60,954 nt of DNA from a virus. Lineage: Duplodnaviria; Caudoviricetes. This document shows positions 28,052 through 36,703 of the stretch, in pieces (the first letter of the stretch is position 1; each line of letters opens with the position of its first letter). The translations under genes were made by a program, and so were the position numbers. The notes beneath the pieces were generated by a model, which had not been told where the DNA came from, did no database searches, and saw nothing but the letters and a program-made list of their open reading frames with translations. Where the stretch lies: the IMG/VR virus record IMGVR_UViG_3300017776_000012, positions 1-60,954 of that record. One strand, given 5' to 3'.

Positions 28052-29650
28052 TTACATCATTTGCTGAACAGCTTCATTGACTTGTTGAGCTGCTGCAGGT
28101 TGACCTTGTTGTTGCATTTGTGTTGCACTGTTCTGAGCATGAGCAGTAGTCATGGCATTAACGGCTTGCATCTTGGCTTGATCGGCCATTGCTGCCTCTT
28201 TCTCTTCCTCAAGCTCATCAGGACTCTTGACCCAATTTCTAGGATCAAAGCCAAGGCTTGTGATAAGAGCTCTTGCATACTCATCAAACTTAAAGTTTTG
28301 AATAGCTTCTGGTGGGAGGTTGCGAATCATCTCGCCCATAGCCATCAGACGCTCTCTGTCAGACTCTCTACTAAGAGCCTGCAGACCAGTAACAATATCA
28401 ACAGACAGAACACCTGAGTCTTCATCTTGGAATTCGGACACTAAGCGTTCATCAACTTCTTTATTATCTACCATTAAGTAGAATGTTCTTTTTACGATTG
28501 GAACCAATAAGTCTCTAGCAATAGACGAGAACACCCCACCTAAGACTTGCTCTAACTCTTGTCCAATCATACGCACTGCGGTAGCCGTCACTCTGTCACC
28601 AGATGGGATAGCACTACCAGACATGAGGAAGCTTTGAGCCACCTCTTTACGCATGGTTTCCACAGCTTGCATACTTAAAGATACTTGAGGGTTCATGGTA
28701 CTAGAAGGAGTAATAGCAAAGACGTCTTGCTGTCTTGCTGAAACCCAAGTACCATTAGGCTGGGTAGAAATATCATCAAGGGCAGTAATGCCTGATGGAT
28801 CTACAGCCATCCAGAATGCGGAGCTAGCCGAGAGGCCTTCAATAAGGGCTGCAGTGTAAGACTCTAAGGATTTGATATCACCAATATTCATCTCAACATG
28901 GGATCTACCGTAGTTCTCATTGGTAACTGACTGCCATCGCAGTGCAATAACCGGGAGAACCTTATAGATTCCTTCTGAAATAATTTCCTTATTCTTCTCT
29001 ACACTGACTTCCCAATGCTTTGCCTCGTCATTCCATACCAATCTATTAAAGATAGTATCATAACCTTTCTTAGTGACTGATGCTTGATACACCACTCCAG
29101 GGCTGTGAGCGTCTTCCATAGCACCTGTAGTGCTGGATTTAGCTGCATGCTCTAGATAGATAATCTCAATTACTTCACCTCTATGGTTACGTTTAATGAC
29201 GTAATGATCTAACCTTACAGTTCTAAAGATCATGTCATCCTCAAGAATCATTAAGGCATCACCAAGGACCAACAGTTGTTGGAGAGCTTGGTAGATGGAT
29301 TCTCTAAGATTCTTACTATTTAACTTCTTATGTAATTTAGAAGCCATTGACTCAAGGTATTCCTGAGTTTCCAGAGGAGGGTACTCACCAGTCTTAGGAA
29401 AGAACCTAAAGAATGGCAAATCATTGAGAGGCAAAAGCGCACTCATGATTCTAGAGGCTAGAGCATTGACTCCTCTAGCGGGAATGCTAGAGTATGGAGT
29501 AACCAGTTGCTCAGTCTCAGAGTAGCCAATAGGTGGTAACAACTCAGGCAATGTTAATGCAGAACAACCCCTCGCTCTGTCTAGCTTTGCTGTGCGAAGA
29601 GAATCGAATGCAAAGAAGCGATCCTCGATAGATTTTTCTGCCATTTCCAT
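28052..29650 (-). CDS. Portal / head-tail connector (T7 gp8-like)
   Basis: ARGVNALASR, PFFR, ENYGRSHVE, RVTATAVR, ELEQVLGGVFS, IVTGLQALSR. Confidence 0.95.
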   Translation of the reverse strand: MEMAEKSIEDRFFAFDSLRTAKLDRARGCSALTLPELLPPIGYSETEQLVTPYSSIPARGVNALASRIMSALLPLNDLPFFRFFPKTGEYPPLETQEYLESMASKLHKKLNSKNLRESIYQALQQLLVLGDALMILEDDMIFRTVRLDHYVIKRNHRGEVIEIIYLEHAAKSSTTGAMEDAHSPGVVYQASVTKKGYDTIFNRLVWNDEAKHWEVSVEKNKEIISEGIYKVLPVIALRWQSVTNENYGRSHVEMNIGDIKSLESYTAALIEGLSASSAFWMAVDPSGITALDDISTQPNGTWVSARQQDVFAITPSSTMNPQVSLSMQAVETMRKEVAQSFLMSGSAIPSGDRVTATAVRMIGQELEQVLGGVFSSIARDLLVPIVKRTFYLMVDNKEVDERLVSEFQDEDSGVLSVDIVTGLQALSRESDRERLMAMGEMIRNLPPEAIQNFKFDEYARALITSLGFDPRNWVKSPDELEEEKEAAMADQAKMQAVNAMTTAHAQNSATQMQQQGQPAAAQQVNEAVQQMM

Positions 29651-29660
29651 TTATAGTACC

Positions 29661-30164
29661 TCAGTTAAACATGGTTCCTTGGCCACCTTGTCCGGGCAAC
29701 CCTGAACCATCTGGAATTCTAAATGCGCTAAGTCGCTTAAACATACGGCCTCTTCTGCCGCCCTTGCCTCTACGATCAAGCATTTCTTTTCTCATAGCCT
29801 GACCTCTAGAAAGCTTAGAAACTTCTTGTTGACGTTCCTTGTTAATTCTTTGAACTTCAGCCTTGCTTGCAGCTTCTTTAGCCTTGTTGTCTCTTAACCG
29901 AGCTGCTGCCATCGCCGCCCCTTTTTGATCACTTCTTTGCTGCTTAAGTTGGGCTGCAAGGAATTCAGAGACTTCTTTAGCTTCTGCTCTCAGTGCTTCT
30001 TCATCAACTAAATCGTCAGTATCGATCATGTCTGGATCTAAGGTAGCTGGACCGGGAATCATAATGTTTCCCATCTCGTCCGTAATGCCTACCTCTTCAG
30101 CTTCCATGCCTTCGTAACCAACAATGTTGCCTTCTCTATCGTAAATTGGATCACCGTCTGCCAT
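29661..30164 (-). CDS. Hypothetical protein, probable virion assembly protein
   Basis: Acidic N-half, basic C-half; position just before the portal matches T7 gp6.7/7.3. Confidence 0.55.
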   Translation of the reverse strand: MADGDPIYDREGNIVGYEGMEAEEVGITDEMGNIMIPGPATLDPDMIDTDDLVDEEALRAEAKEVSEFLAAQLKQQRSDQKGAAMAAARLRDNKAKEAASKAEVQRINKERQQEVSKLSRGQAMRKEMLDRRGKGGRRGRMFKRLSAFRIPDGSGLPGQGGQGTMFN

Positions 30165-30173
30165 AATACACCT

Positions 30174-30347
30174 TTATTTTTTCTTTTGAATTTTAAATTG
30201 GTTTTGAAGTAAAGCCACTACAGACCTCTGTCCAGCCAAATGAAAACGTTCGCTTTCACTTTTGCTTAAAACATCGTCTGTAAGTTTAAACTTTTCTTCT
30301 AGAATTTCAATCAGCCTCTTGTCGATAAAAGGCCAGTCTTGTTGTTT
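30174..30347 (-). CDS. Small hypothetical protein
   Basis: Likely start MKQQDWPFIDKRLIEILEEKF...AGQRSVVALL, a pattern common before portals of T7-like phages. Confidence 0.6.
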   Translation of the reverse strand, partial: KQQDWPFIDKRLIEILEEKFKLTDDVLSKSESERFHLAGQRSVVALLQNQFKIQKKK

Positions 30348-30774
30348 CATTCTTAACTCTTTCGTATAACTCATCTGGAGTTTGGATATCATCATCCCAT
30401 ATTCTGAGTACCTGCTTACAGCAATGTACGCAGTTATTTTGAGGCTTAGGATAAAGCGCGTGTCCTGTAGATTCCCTTATAATATTAAACAGTAGTGTAT
30501 CTATTACAGGTAGACGCGTAGATTCAAGATATTTATAATCATCAATCTCTTTATCCGTAGGCCCAAAATCGAAAGCCATATCAGGCTTACTAAATCTCTC
30601 CTCGGTGGTCGGATCTTTCAAAGAAACCCAAGCATTTCCTTCAGGCCATGTGCCCAAGTACCAGTGACCCAATAGTATCGCACAATGAGCATACTTAGGG
30701 GAGGCTAAAGAAATATACCAATGGTCTACGAAAGTTTCAGGTTTCCAAAACCCCAGAATCATTCTTTTTTGCAT
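30307..30774 (-). CDS. Permuted papain-like (NlpC/P60 superfamily) hydrolase
   Basis: His before Cys: YAHCAI ... NNCVHCC ... TPDEL. Confidence 0.6.
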   Translation of the reverse strand: MQKRMILGFWKPETFVDHWYISLASPKYAHCAILLGHWYLGTWPEGNAWVSLKDPTTEERFSKPDMAFDFGPTDKEIDDYKYLESTRLPVIDTLLFNIIRESTGHALYPKPQNNCVHCCKQVLRIWDDDIQTPDELYERVKNETTRLAFYRQEAD

Positions 30775-31003
30775 CTGTCTTTTTTCTTGGTCTTCCTACT
30801 TTAGGTTTCTTAAGTTCCTCAATCTCAGCCTTGAATTCTTCAATCTCAGCTTCTAATTGATTGATTACAGATTTGGTACTATTAAGGGCTGTCCACAAAG
30901 GGACAATCCAAGGATGGGCATTTCTTACGCCACCCGCATTACTCTTAAGAGCTTCCTCAATACCTTTAAGTAAGGATGCTCTTGGATCATACATTTCACT
31001 CAT
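30737..31003 (-). CDS. Hypothetical coiled-coil protein
   Basis: Likely start MSEMYDP (GGAG RBS); heptad repeat and KVGRPRKK tail. Confidence 0.6.
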   Translation of the reverse strand: MSEMYDPRASLLKGIEEALKSNAGGVRNAHPWIVPLWTALNSTKSVINQLEAEIEEFKAEIEELKKPKVGRPRKKTDAKKNDSGVLET

Positions 31004-32015
31004 TACATTCTCCCCATTCAGATAAAACTTTGAGTACGGCATTAAAGCCATTATTTGTCTGTGGATGATACTTAAAAGCGGCAACATCTGCAAGAACTTT
31101 TAATAAATCTTGAAATCCTACCATACCATCCTCATTTAAATCAGAAGGACAGCTGTTGTCTGGGTAGTAGTCCACGAAGTACGGCGCTCGGTCACAGTTG
31201 TAACCTTGGTTGCAGGCGAACCTTATAACCCCACCACTACCGAAGTAGTCAGGACCAGTGAAGCGGGCAATGTGGAACGAACCGGGATGCTTCTCGCTCT
31301 CCCAGTCCACGCTATAGCCCCTCCACATGATCAGATCGGCGTAGTCATTTTGGCTGGGTGAATCGCAGCAGACCTCACCCACGATGGTCTGACGGTGCGG
31401 CCAGAAGATCAGCGTGTCGGATTCAATAAGATCCGTGTACTGAGCCTGCACCTGCGGATACTTGAGTTGGCTGAAGGCTCCATACTTCTTGCCGGGTTCA
31501 CCGTGCAAGATCCAAGAGTCAGCCCAGAAGTATTCCAGTCCTACCTGATCGAAGGTATTGGGCACTCCGCTCACCGTGTCCCAGTTGACTGGGGTGTGGT
31601 TCTGACCAAGGTACATCCAACGCTGGTGCGGGTTGCCTTGGATGCAGTCCCAATATTCGCCCGGTGTAGGGCAAGCAATGCTGGTGTACTGCTCCCAGTA
31701 GTCAATACACTCAGGGCAGTTCTCAAGGAACGGGTAGGTTGCGTCGTTGCGGTTCTTGAACACGTCACCCTCAACAGTCCACGCAAACGCACGAGTAGGC
31801 ACTTCGCTGCCTCTGGTGCTGCCAATAGTGTACGGAGGGCGTGGGCTGCCATTTGGTTGGGAAAACTCAGGGTCAAACCCAGTCTGGATGTACACATCGA
31901 ACGTACGTCCAAACGGAGTAAGTCTACCTAAGTCATCTACCCACATCTCTACAGTGTCAGGGTTAGCAGGAGGACCAGCTAATACGGATAATAATAAAGT
32001 TATTAGCATTTCCAT
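30996..32015 (-). CDS. Secreted protein with C-terminal dockerin-like (EF-hand) domain of Phycisphaerales type
   Basis: Signal-peptide-like N-terminus (start may be 32009); C-terminal CPSDLNEDGMVGFQDLLKVL...LSEWGEC; GC-rich core. Confidence 0.7.
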   Translation of the reverse strand: MEMLITLLLSVLAGPPANPDTVEMWVDDLGRLTPFGRTFDVYIQTGFDPEFSQPNGSPRPPYTIGSTRGSEVPTRAFAWTVEGDVFKNRNDATYPFLENCPECIDYWEQYTSIACPTPGEYWDCIQGNPHQRWMYLGQNHTPVNWDTVSGVPNTFDQVGLEYFWADSWILHGEPGKKYGAFSQLKYPQVQAQYTDLIESDTLIFWPHRQTIVGEVCCDSPSQNDYADLIMWRGYSVDWESEKHPGSFHIARFTGPDYFGSGGVIRFACNQGYNCDRAPYFVDYYPDNSCPSDLNEDGMVGFQDLLKVLADVAAFKYHPQTNNGFNAVLKVLSEWGECNE

Positions 32016-32266
32016 CTCCTACGAGCTTTTCTTAAGCGGCTGTTCGGATCTTTAGCAGCCTTAGGGAACTTCTTCATCTGTCCAGCTGAGCGGGCACAAT
32101 ATGATTTCTTTCTTGACCCACCCCCCGGTTGAGGTGCTTTTAAGTTAGACCCTGTTCTTTTATTAATCATGGCACGGCCCTTAGCAGTTAAACCACCAGC
32201 TTTGCTCTTACACTTGTTGCCGATGTTGCAGCCCTTCATGGCTCCCTTTTTCTTGCTCTTTGCCAT
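32003..32266 (-). CDS. Small basic protein (RKKSYCARS family, DUF6321-like)
   Basis: GGLTAKGR...NLKAP...RKKSYCARSAGQMK...SRLRKARRRWKC; start moved to MAKSKK. Confidence 0.7.
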   Translation of the reverse strand: MAKSKKKGAMKGCNIGNKCKSKAGGLTAKGRAMINKRTGSNLKAPQPGGGSRKKSYCARSAGQMKKFPKAAKDPNSRLRKARRRWKC

Positions 32267-32267
32267 A

Positions 32268-32516
32268 TTATTTTCCTTTTTTCTTTTTACTCCATGAGAT
32301 TGAAGCAGGACCTTTTTTCTTGCTTTTAGCAGAGTTGCACATAGCCTTGGTAGGGCGACAGGCAGGATATGGTCTTTTGCTGCCGCCCTTTGCTGACTTC
32401 CGACCACATGTTTTACCAGTCTTGCAGTCTACCCAGCCCTTCCCTTTGTTACGAGAGAACCAGCCGTGTAGACCCTTCTTCTTCTCTGCACTAAAGTTAG
32501 CTTTTTTCTTAGCCAT
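32268..32516 (-). CDS. Small basic Cys-containing protein
   Basis: GLHGWF...WVDC...CGR...YPACRP pattern. Confidence 0.7.
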   Translation of the reverse strand: MAKKKANFSAEKKKGLHGWFSRNKGKGWVDCKTGKTCGRKSAKGGSKRPYPACRPTKAMCNSAKSKKKGPASISWSKKKKGK

Positions 32517-32677
32517 TACTTCTTCCTACTCTTGCCTTTATTGCCCCAGTTTTTTGCCCCAACTTTACGGCATTTAACAAGAGCTCCAGAAGCATATGCA
32601 CTAGGCCACTTTGTATATCTACTCTTTACCTTGTGATAACAAGCATCCTTCTTACCACCGCTTTTCTTTTTAGCCAT
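32516..32677 (-). CDS. Small basic protein (not in ORF track)
   Basis: Hand translation MAKKKSGGKKDACYHKVKSRYTKWPSAYASGALVKCRKVGAKNWGNKGKSRKK; TAATG coupling to the next gene. Confidence 0.75.
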   Translation of the reverse strand: MAKKKSGGKKDACYHKVKSRYTKWPSAYASGALVKCRKVGAKNWGNKGKSRKK

Positions 32678-32697
32678 ATCCTGTCTCCGCTTTTAGA

Positions 32698-32814
32698 TTA
32701 CATCTTCTTACGACGAGCAACCTTCTTCTTCTTCTTAGTAACCTTTGCGTCAGCCATGATGCCCTTAGGCTTCATGCCTGCACTTTTCTTACCCATTTTC
32801 TTTCTTCCGCGCAT
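32698..32814 (-). CDS. Very small Lys-rich peptide (not in ORF track)
   Basis: MRGRKKMGKKSAGMKPKGIMADAKVTKKKKKVARRKKM fills the gap between genes. Confidence 0.55.
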   Translation of the reverse strand: MRGRKKMGKKSAGMKPKGIMADAKVTKKKKKVARRKKM

Positions 32815-33319
32815 GTTCAGCTCTCTTTCTAGTATTGATATAATCCATAAAATCTTTAGAACAATGATCGTAGTAGCCCTGTTTGTTGAGCATTTCCGAG
32901 TACTTGTTCAGTTCCGATAGGCTTTGTATAAACACAAGCCCGTACACAAAATCCACATGACATGGTAAATGTTCCATGTCGTAATCTGGATCCTCAACCT
33001 CGTCCTGAGATGCAGATACCATTAAGTACAGATTGTCCTGGGCTAGTGTCTTGTTACGGACATCTGCCCAGCTTTCTGCATCTTCATCTGACCACAGTTC
33101 CGGATCGTAAGCAATGCCTACCAGCTCGTAAGAAGAGTCCCAGTTAGAGATCTTTTCTTCGACAGTAGACGCATCGCCTATAATTATTTTAGTCTTATTA
33201 TCTCTCCACGCTTTTAACGCGAAAGGACAAGGCTTTAAGCCGTTATAGAATTCACTAGGAACATCAAGGTATTCTTGTATCCATTGATCAATCTCTTTGT
33301 GAATTGCCTCTATATTCAT
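32789..33319 (-). CDS. DUF1415-like hypothetical protein
   Basis: WIQEYL...PCPFA N-terminal motif. Confidence 0.55.
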   Translation of the reverse strand: MNIEAIHKEIDQWIQEYLDVPSEFYNGLKPCPFALKAWRDNKTKIIIGDASTVEEKISNWDSSYELVGIAYDPELWSDEDAESWADVRNKTLAQDNLYLMVSASQDEVEDPDYDMEHLPCHVDFVYGLVFIQSLSELNKYSEMLNKQGYYDHCSKDFMDYINTRKRAEHARKKENG

Positions 33320-33435
33320 CGCTTCTTAGAGCCCTTTGGTGTTTTCTTCATTGGTGAGCTATTGACGTACTTCTCAGCACTCTTGCCCTGATAGCTAGTG
33401 GTTCGACCACAGGCACATGGAAATTTCTTAATCAT
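33316..33435 (-). CDS. Small hypothetical peptide (not in ORF track)
   Basis: MIKKFPCACGRTTSY..., ATGA-coupled at both ends. Confidence 0.55.
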   Translation of the reverse strand: MIKKFPCACGRTTSYQGKSAEKYVNSSPMKKTPKGSKKR

Positions 33436-33572
33436 AAGATTCTTCCAATCCAGTTTTGCAGGTCCTGTAATCTATTGACCAAGAAATCTGCTGCAGTTCT
33501 AACGGAAACTTTGATGCCTCCTACAAATCCAATGAGCCCAAGCTCCATCCATTCTACAAATTTAGTAAGCAT
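33432..33572 (-). CDS. Small hypothetical peptide (not in ORF track)
   Basis: MLTKFVEWMELGLIGFVGGIKV..., 46 aa, AAGGA RBS, coupled stop. Confidence 0.5.
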   Translation of the reverse strand: MLTKFVEWMELGLIGFVGGIKVSVRTAADFLVNRLQDLQNWIGRIL

Positions 33573-33574
33573 AT

Positions 33575-33802
33575 TTAATCCTTTATCTCACCTTCAATCC
33601 GTGAGACTTTATTCTCTAAGGATCGTAATCTTTCTTCTAATGCGACAAGAGATTTATCTAATCTCCCAACCGCATTGTCTAATCTAGCAGCAGTGTCGTG
33701 CATGCATGCAAATACTCCTTGCAATTTACCCGCAGCCCATATAACACCGCCAATAACGGCTATTAATTCTAGCCAGTTGTTTACTTCTGAAATGTCAACC
33801 AT
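33575..33802 (-). CDS. Membrane-anchored coiled-coil protein (lysis cassette)
   Basis: One TM (LIAVIGGVIWAAG) plus heptads ending VSRIEG. Confidence 0.6.
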   Translation of the reverse strand: MVDISEVNNWLELIAVIGGVIWAAGKLQGVFACMHDTAARLDNAVGRLDKSLVALEERLRSLENKVSRIEGEIKD

Positions 33803-33804
33803 GT

Positions 33805-33978
33805 TTAATCTCTATTTTGCTGAAACATCATTGCTAATAGTAGTAATAACAGTAATACTACAAAACACAAAGAAGAGTCAGGGTCGATGGTTGGCGGTAG
33901 TTTAGGGTTAAGGGTTTCATATTCTACTTGAGGTGTACTGGAACATCCAGTTGCAAGGAGTAATAATAATCTCATCAT
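33805..33978 (-). CDS. Small lipoprotein with C-terminal TM (u-spanin-like; not in ORF track)
   Basis: MMRLLLLLATG-C lipobox, Pro-rich linker, CFVVLLLLLLLAMMF; ATGA overlap with the holin stop. Confidence 0.6.
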   Translation of the reverse strand: MMRLLLLLATGCSSTPQVEYETLNPKLPPTIDPDSSLCFVVLLLLLLLAMMFQQNRD

Positions 33979-34403
33979 GGTTTAGCACTGCTTGTGCCAA
34001 AGTAAAACCCAACAATAGCAAGAAGCACTTGTCGTAGCTCAGGGATAAGAACCACACCATTGATCTCAGTAAAGACCTTGGTGGTTGGTTCAGCAATTAA
34101 ACCCCACAGAACGCTAGTACCTTGTACGTCATTCTCTAAGATTACTGGGAGGCCCCATAACGGGGCAAGTAAGGGCAGGAATACCACTGCAAATAGAATT
34201 GCAATAACAATAAACCGCCTTACAAACTTACCAGCCTTAGATGAAACTCTTGCTGCTGCCTTATCAGCGGACTGATCTGAAACTTCCCTAAGTTTTAGGG
34301 AAGTCATTAATAAATCTTGCTGATTCTGAGAACGAATAGCTAAGAGTTTCATTACATAGCCAGCCAATGTGCCGCCTAGTGTAGTTAAAAGCTCTATAGT
34401 CAT
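33975..34403 (-). CDS. Putative 3-TM holin
   Basis: Start MTIELLTTLGG (GAGG RBS); three hydrophobic segments; C-terminal IVGFYFG. Confidence 0.65.
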   Translation of the reverse strand: MTIELLTTLGGTLAGYVMKLLAIRSQNQQDLLMTSLKLREVSDQSADKAAARVSSKAGKFVRRFIVIAILFAVVFLPLLAPLWGLPVILENDVQGTSVLWGLIAEPTTKVFTEINGVVLIPELRQVLLAIVGFYFGTSSAKP

Positions 34404-34404
34404 A

Positions 34405-34677
34405 TCAGTCCTCTGAAGACTCTTCTTCTTTTTCCTTAGTTCCGTCCTCAATTTTGCCCATTACGTCTTCAATGGCCTCGTGATACATTCCTAAGATTGC
34501 ATCAATCTGAACCGTTAAACCGATAATAAGACTTCGATCTCCTACAGGAGCCTTTGGGGTAACTTCAACTAAGGTTTGAACGCATTTAGCTAAACCATTT
34601 AATAGGTCTACTACATTTTGGCTATTTGTATTAGCCTCTGATTTAACTTCTTGCACTTCTTCCATTACTTCAGACAT
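34405..34677 (-). CDS. Hypothetical protein
   Basis: 90 aa with AAGGAG RBS. Confidence 0.65.
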   Translation of the reverse strand: MSEVMEEVQEVKSEANTNSQNVVDLLNGLAKCVQTLVEVTPKAPVGDRSLIIGLTVQIDAILGMYHEAIEDVMGKIEDGTKEKEEESSED

Positions 34678-34795
34678 TTGTTTCTCCTTGATATTGTCTC
34701 TCGAAAGACCTTAAAGGGGGCGTGAGCCCCCTCCAAGGGCCAAGGAGAGACTAGTTGTATGTCTTTTCGCTGTTCTTTTGTTGGAACTAAGTGGG

Positions 34796-35584
34796 CTACC
34801 ACGGCATCTTATGCGTAATAGCCTTAGTTTCCTTGTCGTATTCTTCAGGCCTAAGCAAATGAAGAGAGATGAATTGAGAATCTAAATAGTCATCAGGATC
34901 AGTAAACCCTGCTGCCATTGCGTTCTTTTTCTTCTCTTCATATTTAGGTTTAACGTTGTTCCAAGCATCTCTATTTTCCTGTCTGATCTCTTTAACCTTA
35001 TCTTCAATAGATAAAGAGCCGCTTAAAACCTTTTTAGCCCAAGCTGGGCCTCGTCCAAAGATACCCCAGATATTATCCGAGGAATCTCCTGACACTAACT
35101 GGGTCAATTCGTTTAGTTCTGCTTCTTCTTTGCTGACATAAACTGGTTCATCTTCTTTTCGAGGATTCCAATGCCAACCAGCAACAGTTCTAAAGTCTTT
35201 ATCAACACCAATAGAAGTCCAAAGCCCATTAGAAACGAGCATGGAGACGATATCATCGGCTTCCAGTCGATCAATTGCAACGCTTTTCTCCACAGAATCT
35301 GAGGCTGTAGCGTAAGCACACGCATCACCTAAGAATACTGGTTTTGGTTTGTTGTTTCTGTTATTCTTATACAAAGGCCAAAAAGCCTTACGGAAGTTAT
35401 CTTCACGACTGCATGAGAATGCAATGTATGTAGTCTCAAAGTTAGAGGATAAGTCTTTTAAGTCGTACTCAATGCGATCCTCTAAATAATCGTAGCCCTC
35501 ATTATCTGCATAGCATGCAGCAGTGTAGGCTAACCAATCTCCGTCAATTATGCATTTCGTCGGAGTCGTCTTCGTCTGGGTCAT
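34796..35584 (-). CDS. 5'-3' exonuclease (T7 gp6-like)
   Basis: IIDGDWLAY, NFRK...YKNNR, LEADD, DKDF, GDSSDNIWGIFGRG. Confidence 0.92.
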   Translation of the reverse strand: MTQTKTTPTKCIIDGDWLAYTAACYADNEGYDYLEDRIEYDLKDLSSNFETTYIAFSCSREDNFRKAFWPLYKNNRNNKPKPVFLGDACAYATASDSVEKSVAIDRLEADDIVSMLVSNGLWTSIGVDKDFRTVAGWHWNPRKEDEPVYVSKEEAELNELTQLVSGDSSDNIWGIFGRGPAWAKKVLSGSLSIEDKVKEIRQENRDAWNNVKPKYEEKKKNAMAAGFTDPDDYLDSQFISLHLLRPEEYDKETKAITHKMPW

Positions 35585-36371
35585 AGAAATCCAATCCTTC
35601 ATTAGTTAGAAAATCATCATTATTTTTATCAAACAGATCTCGAAGTGCAGTGTGAATCTGTCTCAACAGCTCTTCTTTTTCTTCTTCTGTTAAGTCATCT
35701 AAGTATACCTCTTCTTTATCTACTGAGGCTACAACTTTGAGTCCTAAAACAAAAGGTGCAACCAGTTTAACTAGCTGCTCAAGATCTTCTAAGGAAGTCT
35801 CGTTTGTCATCCAATACATGTCATGTTGCACTGGACCTTCCCAAGGCATCTTTACGTTAAAGAATCGTTCGATACGATGCTGTACGCCTTGAGTCTTGTC
35901 AAGAGACTTAGCTAGCTTTTCTGATTCGTGGTTTCTCCACCTTGCTTTGGGGTAAGGCAATCGTTCTCCAGCACAGATATGCATAAGCTGCCCACCTTGT
36001 TTTAGGATCATGTCTACCTCGTTCTGATACCGAACATCGTCAATGATAATAATACGTTCCCAGTACTTCTCATTACATTCAATATCAAGGTTTTCATTAT
36101 CAATAGCTGTAAGAATCTTCATTTGTGCCTCATCCAAGAAAAAGCTAGGATCTCCGGAACGTTTCTCTGCTCCAAACTTTTGGCAAAACTTTCTGTATTT
36201 TACGTGATCTTTTTCTTTTGTAAGCCCTTGCTCCTTTGCTGCATCTTTGATAGGATCAGCAAAAGAAACAAGCTCAGGTACAAACCCCTTAGAAAAGGCA
36301 ATAGCCATGAGCTGTCTAGCCACATGAGTCTTACCTGCTCTTGCTTGTCCTGTTAGTCCGATTAATCTCAT
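35544..36371 (-). CDS. Deoxynucleoside monophosphate kinase
   Basis: LIGLTGQARAGKT, SFADPIK, IIDDVRYQNE, HESE. Confidence 0.85.
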   Translation of the reverse strand: MRLIGLTGQARAGKTHVARQLMAIAFSKGFVPELVSFADPIKDAAKEQGLTKEKDHVKYRKFCQKFGAEKRSGDPSFFLDEAQMKILTAIDNENLDIECNEKYWERIIIIDDVRYQNEVDMILKQGGQLMHICAGERLPYPKARWRNHESEKLAKSLDKTQGVQHRIERFFNVKMPWEGPVQHDMYWMTNETSLEDLEQLVKLVAPFVLGLKVVASVDKEEVYLDDLTEEEKEELLRQIHTALRDLFDKNNDDFLTNEGLDFYDPDEDDSDEMHN

Positions 36372-36703
36372 ATTTCAATTCCACATAAAGGGATCTCATA
36401 GTAAATTGAGATACCTAATTCTTTAGCATATGCCCATTCCCAGTTAGCACCGGGGCTATTTTCATAACCAGACATCATGTATATTGCGTCTACAGTCTTG
36501 AGTGCTTTTAAATCTCTACGAGCTGCCTTCATGTAGTCTTCCCGTGTGAACTCTACGTCAGGCTTTAAGCCCTCTTTTAAGTCCATCTCACAAGGATTAA
36601 TGACTTCCCATCGTGCTGCTTCTAGTTCTTCTTGCTTACGAAGAAAAGCACCATAGTTATTATCAGGATGGCCCGACATAGGGCCTGCTATATAAATCTT
36701 CAT
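36368..36703 (-). CDS. DUF4406 / nucleoside 2-deoxyribosyltransferase-like protein
   Basis: KIYIAGPMSG, VINP, DAIYMMSGYENSPGANWE. Confidence 0.8.
   Translation of the reverse strand: MKIYIAGPMSGHPDNNYGAFLRKQEELEAARWEVINPCEMDLKEGLKPDVEFTREDYMKAARRDLKALKTVDAIYMMSGYENSPGANWEWAYAKELGISIYYEIPLCGIEI

Noticed and set aside
34715-34732. GGGGGC-GTGA-GCCCCC hairpin as a third hairpin promoter
   Set aside because: Stem sequence differs from the twin element and it could be a weak terminator after the exonuclease; role unresolved.
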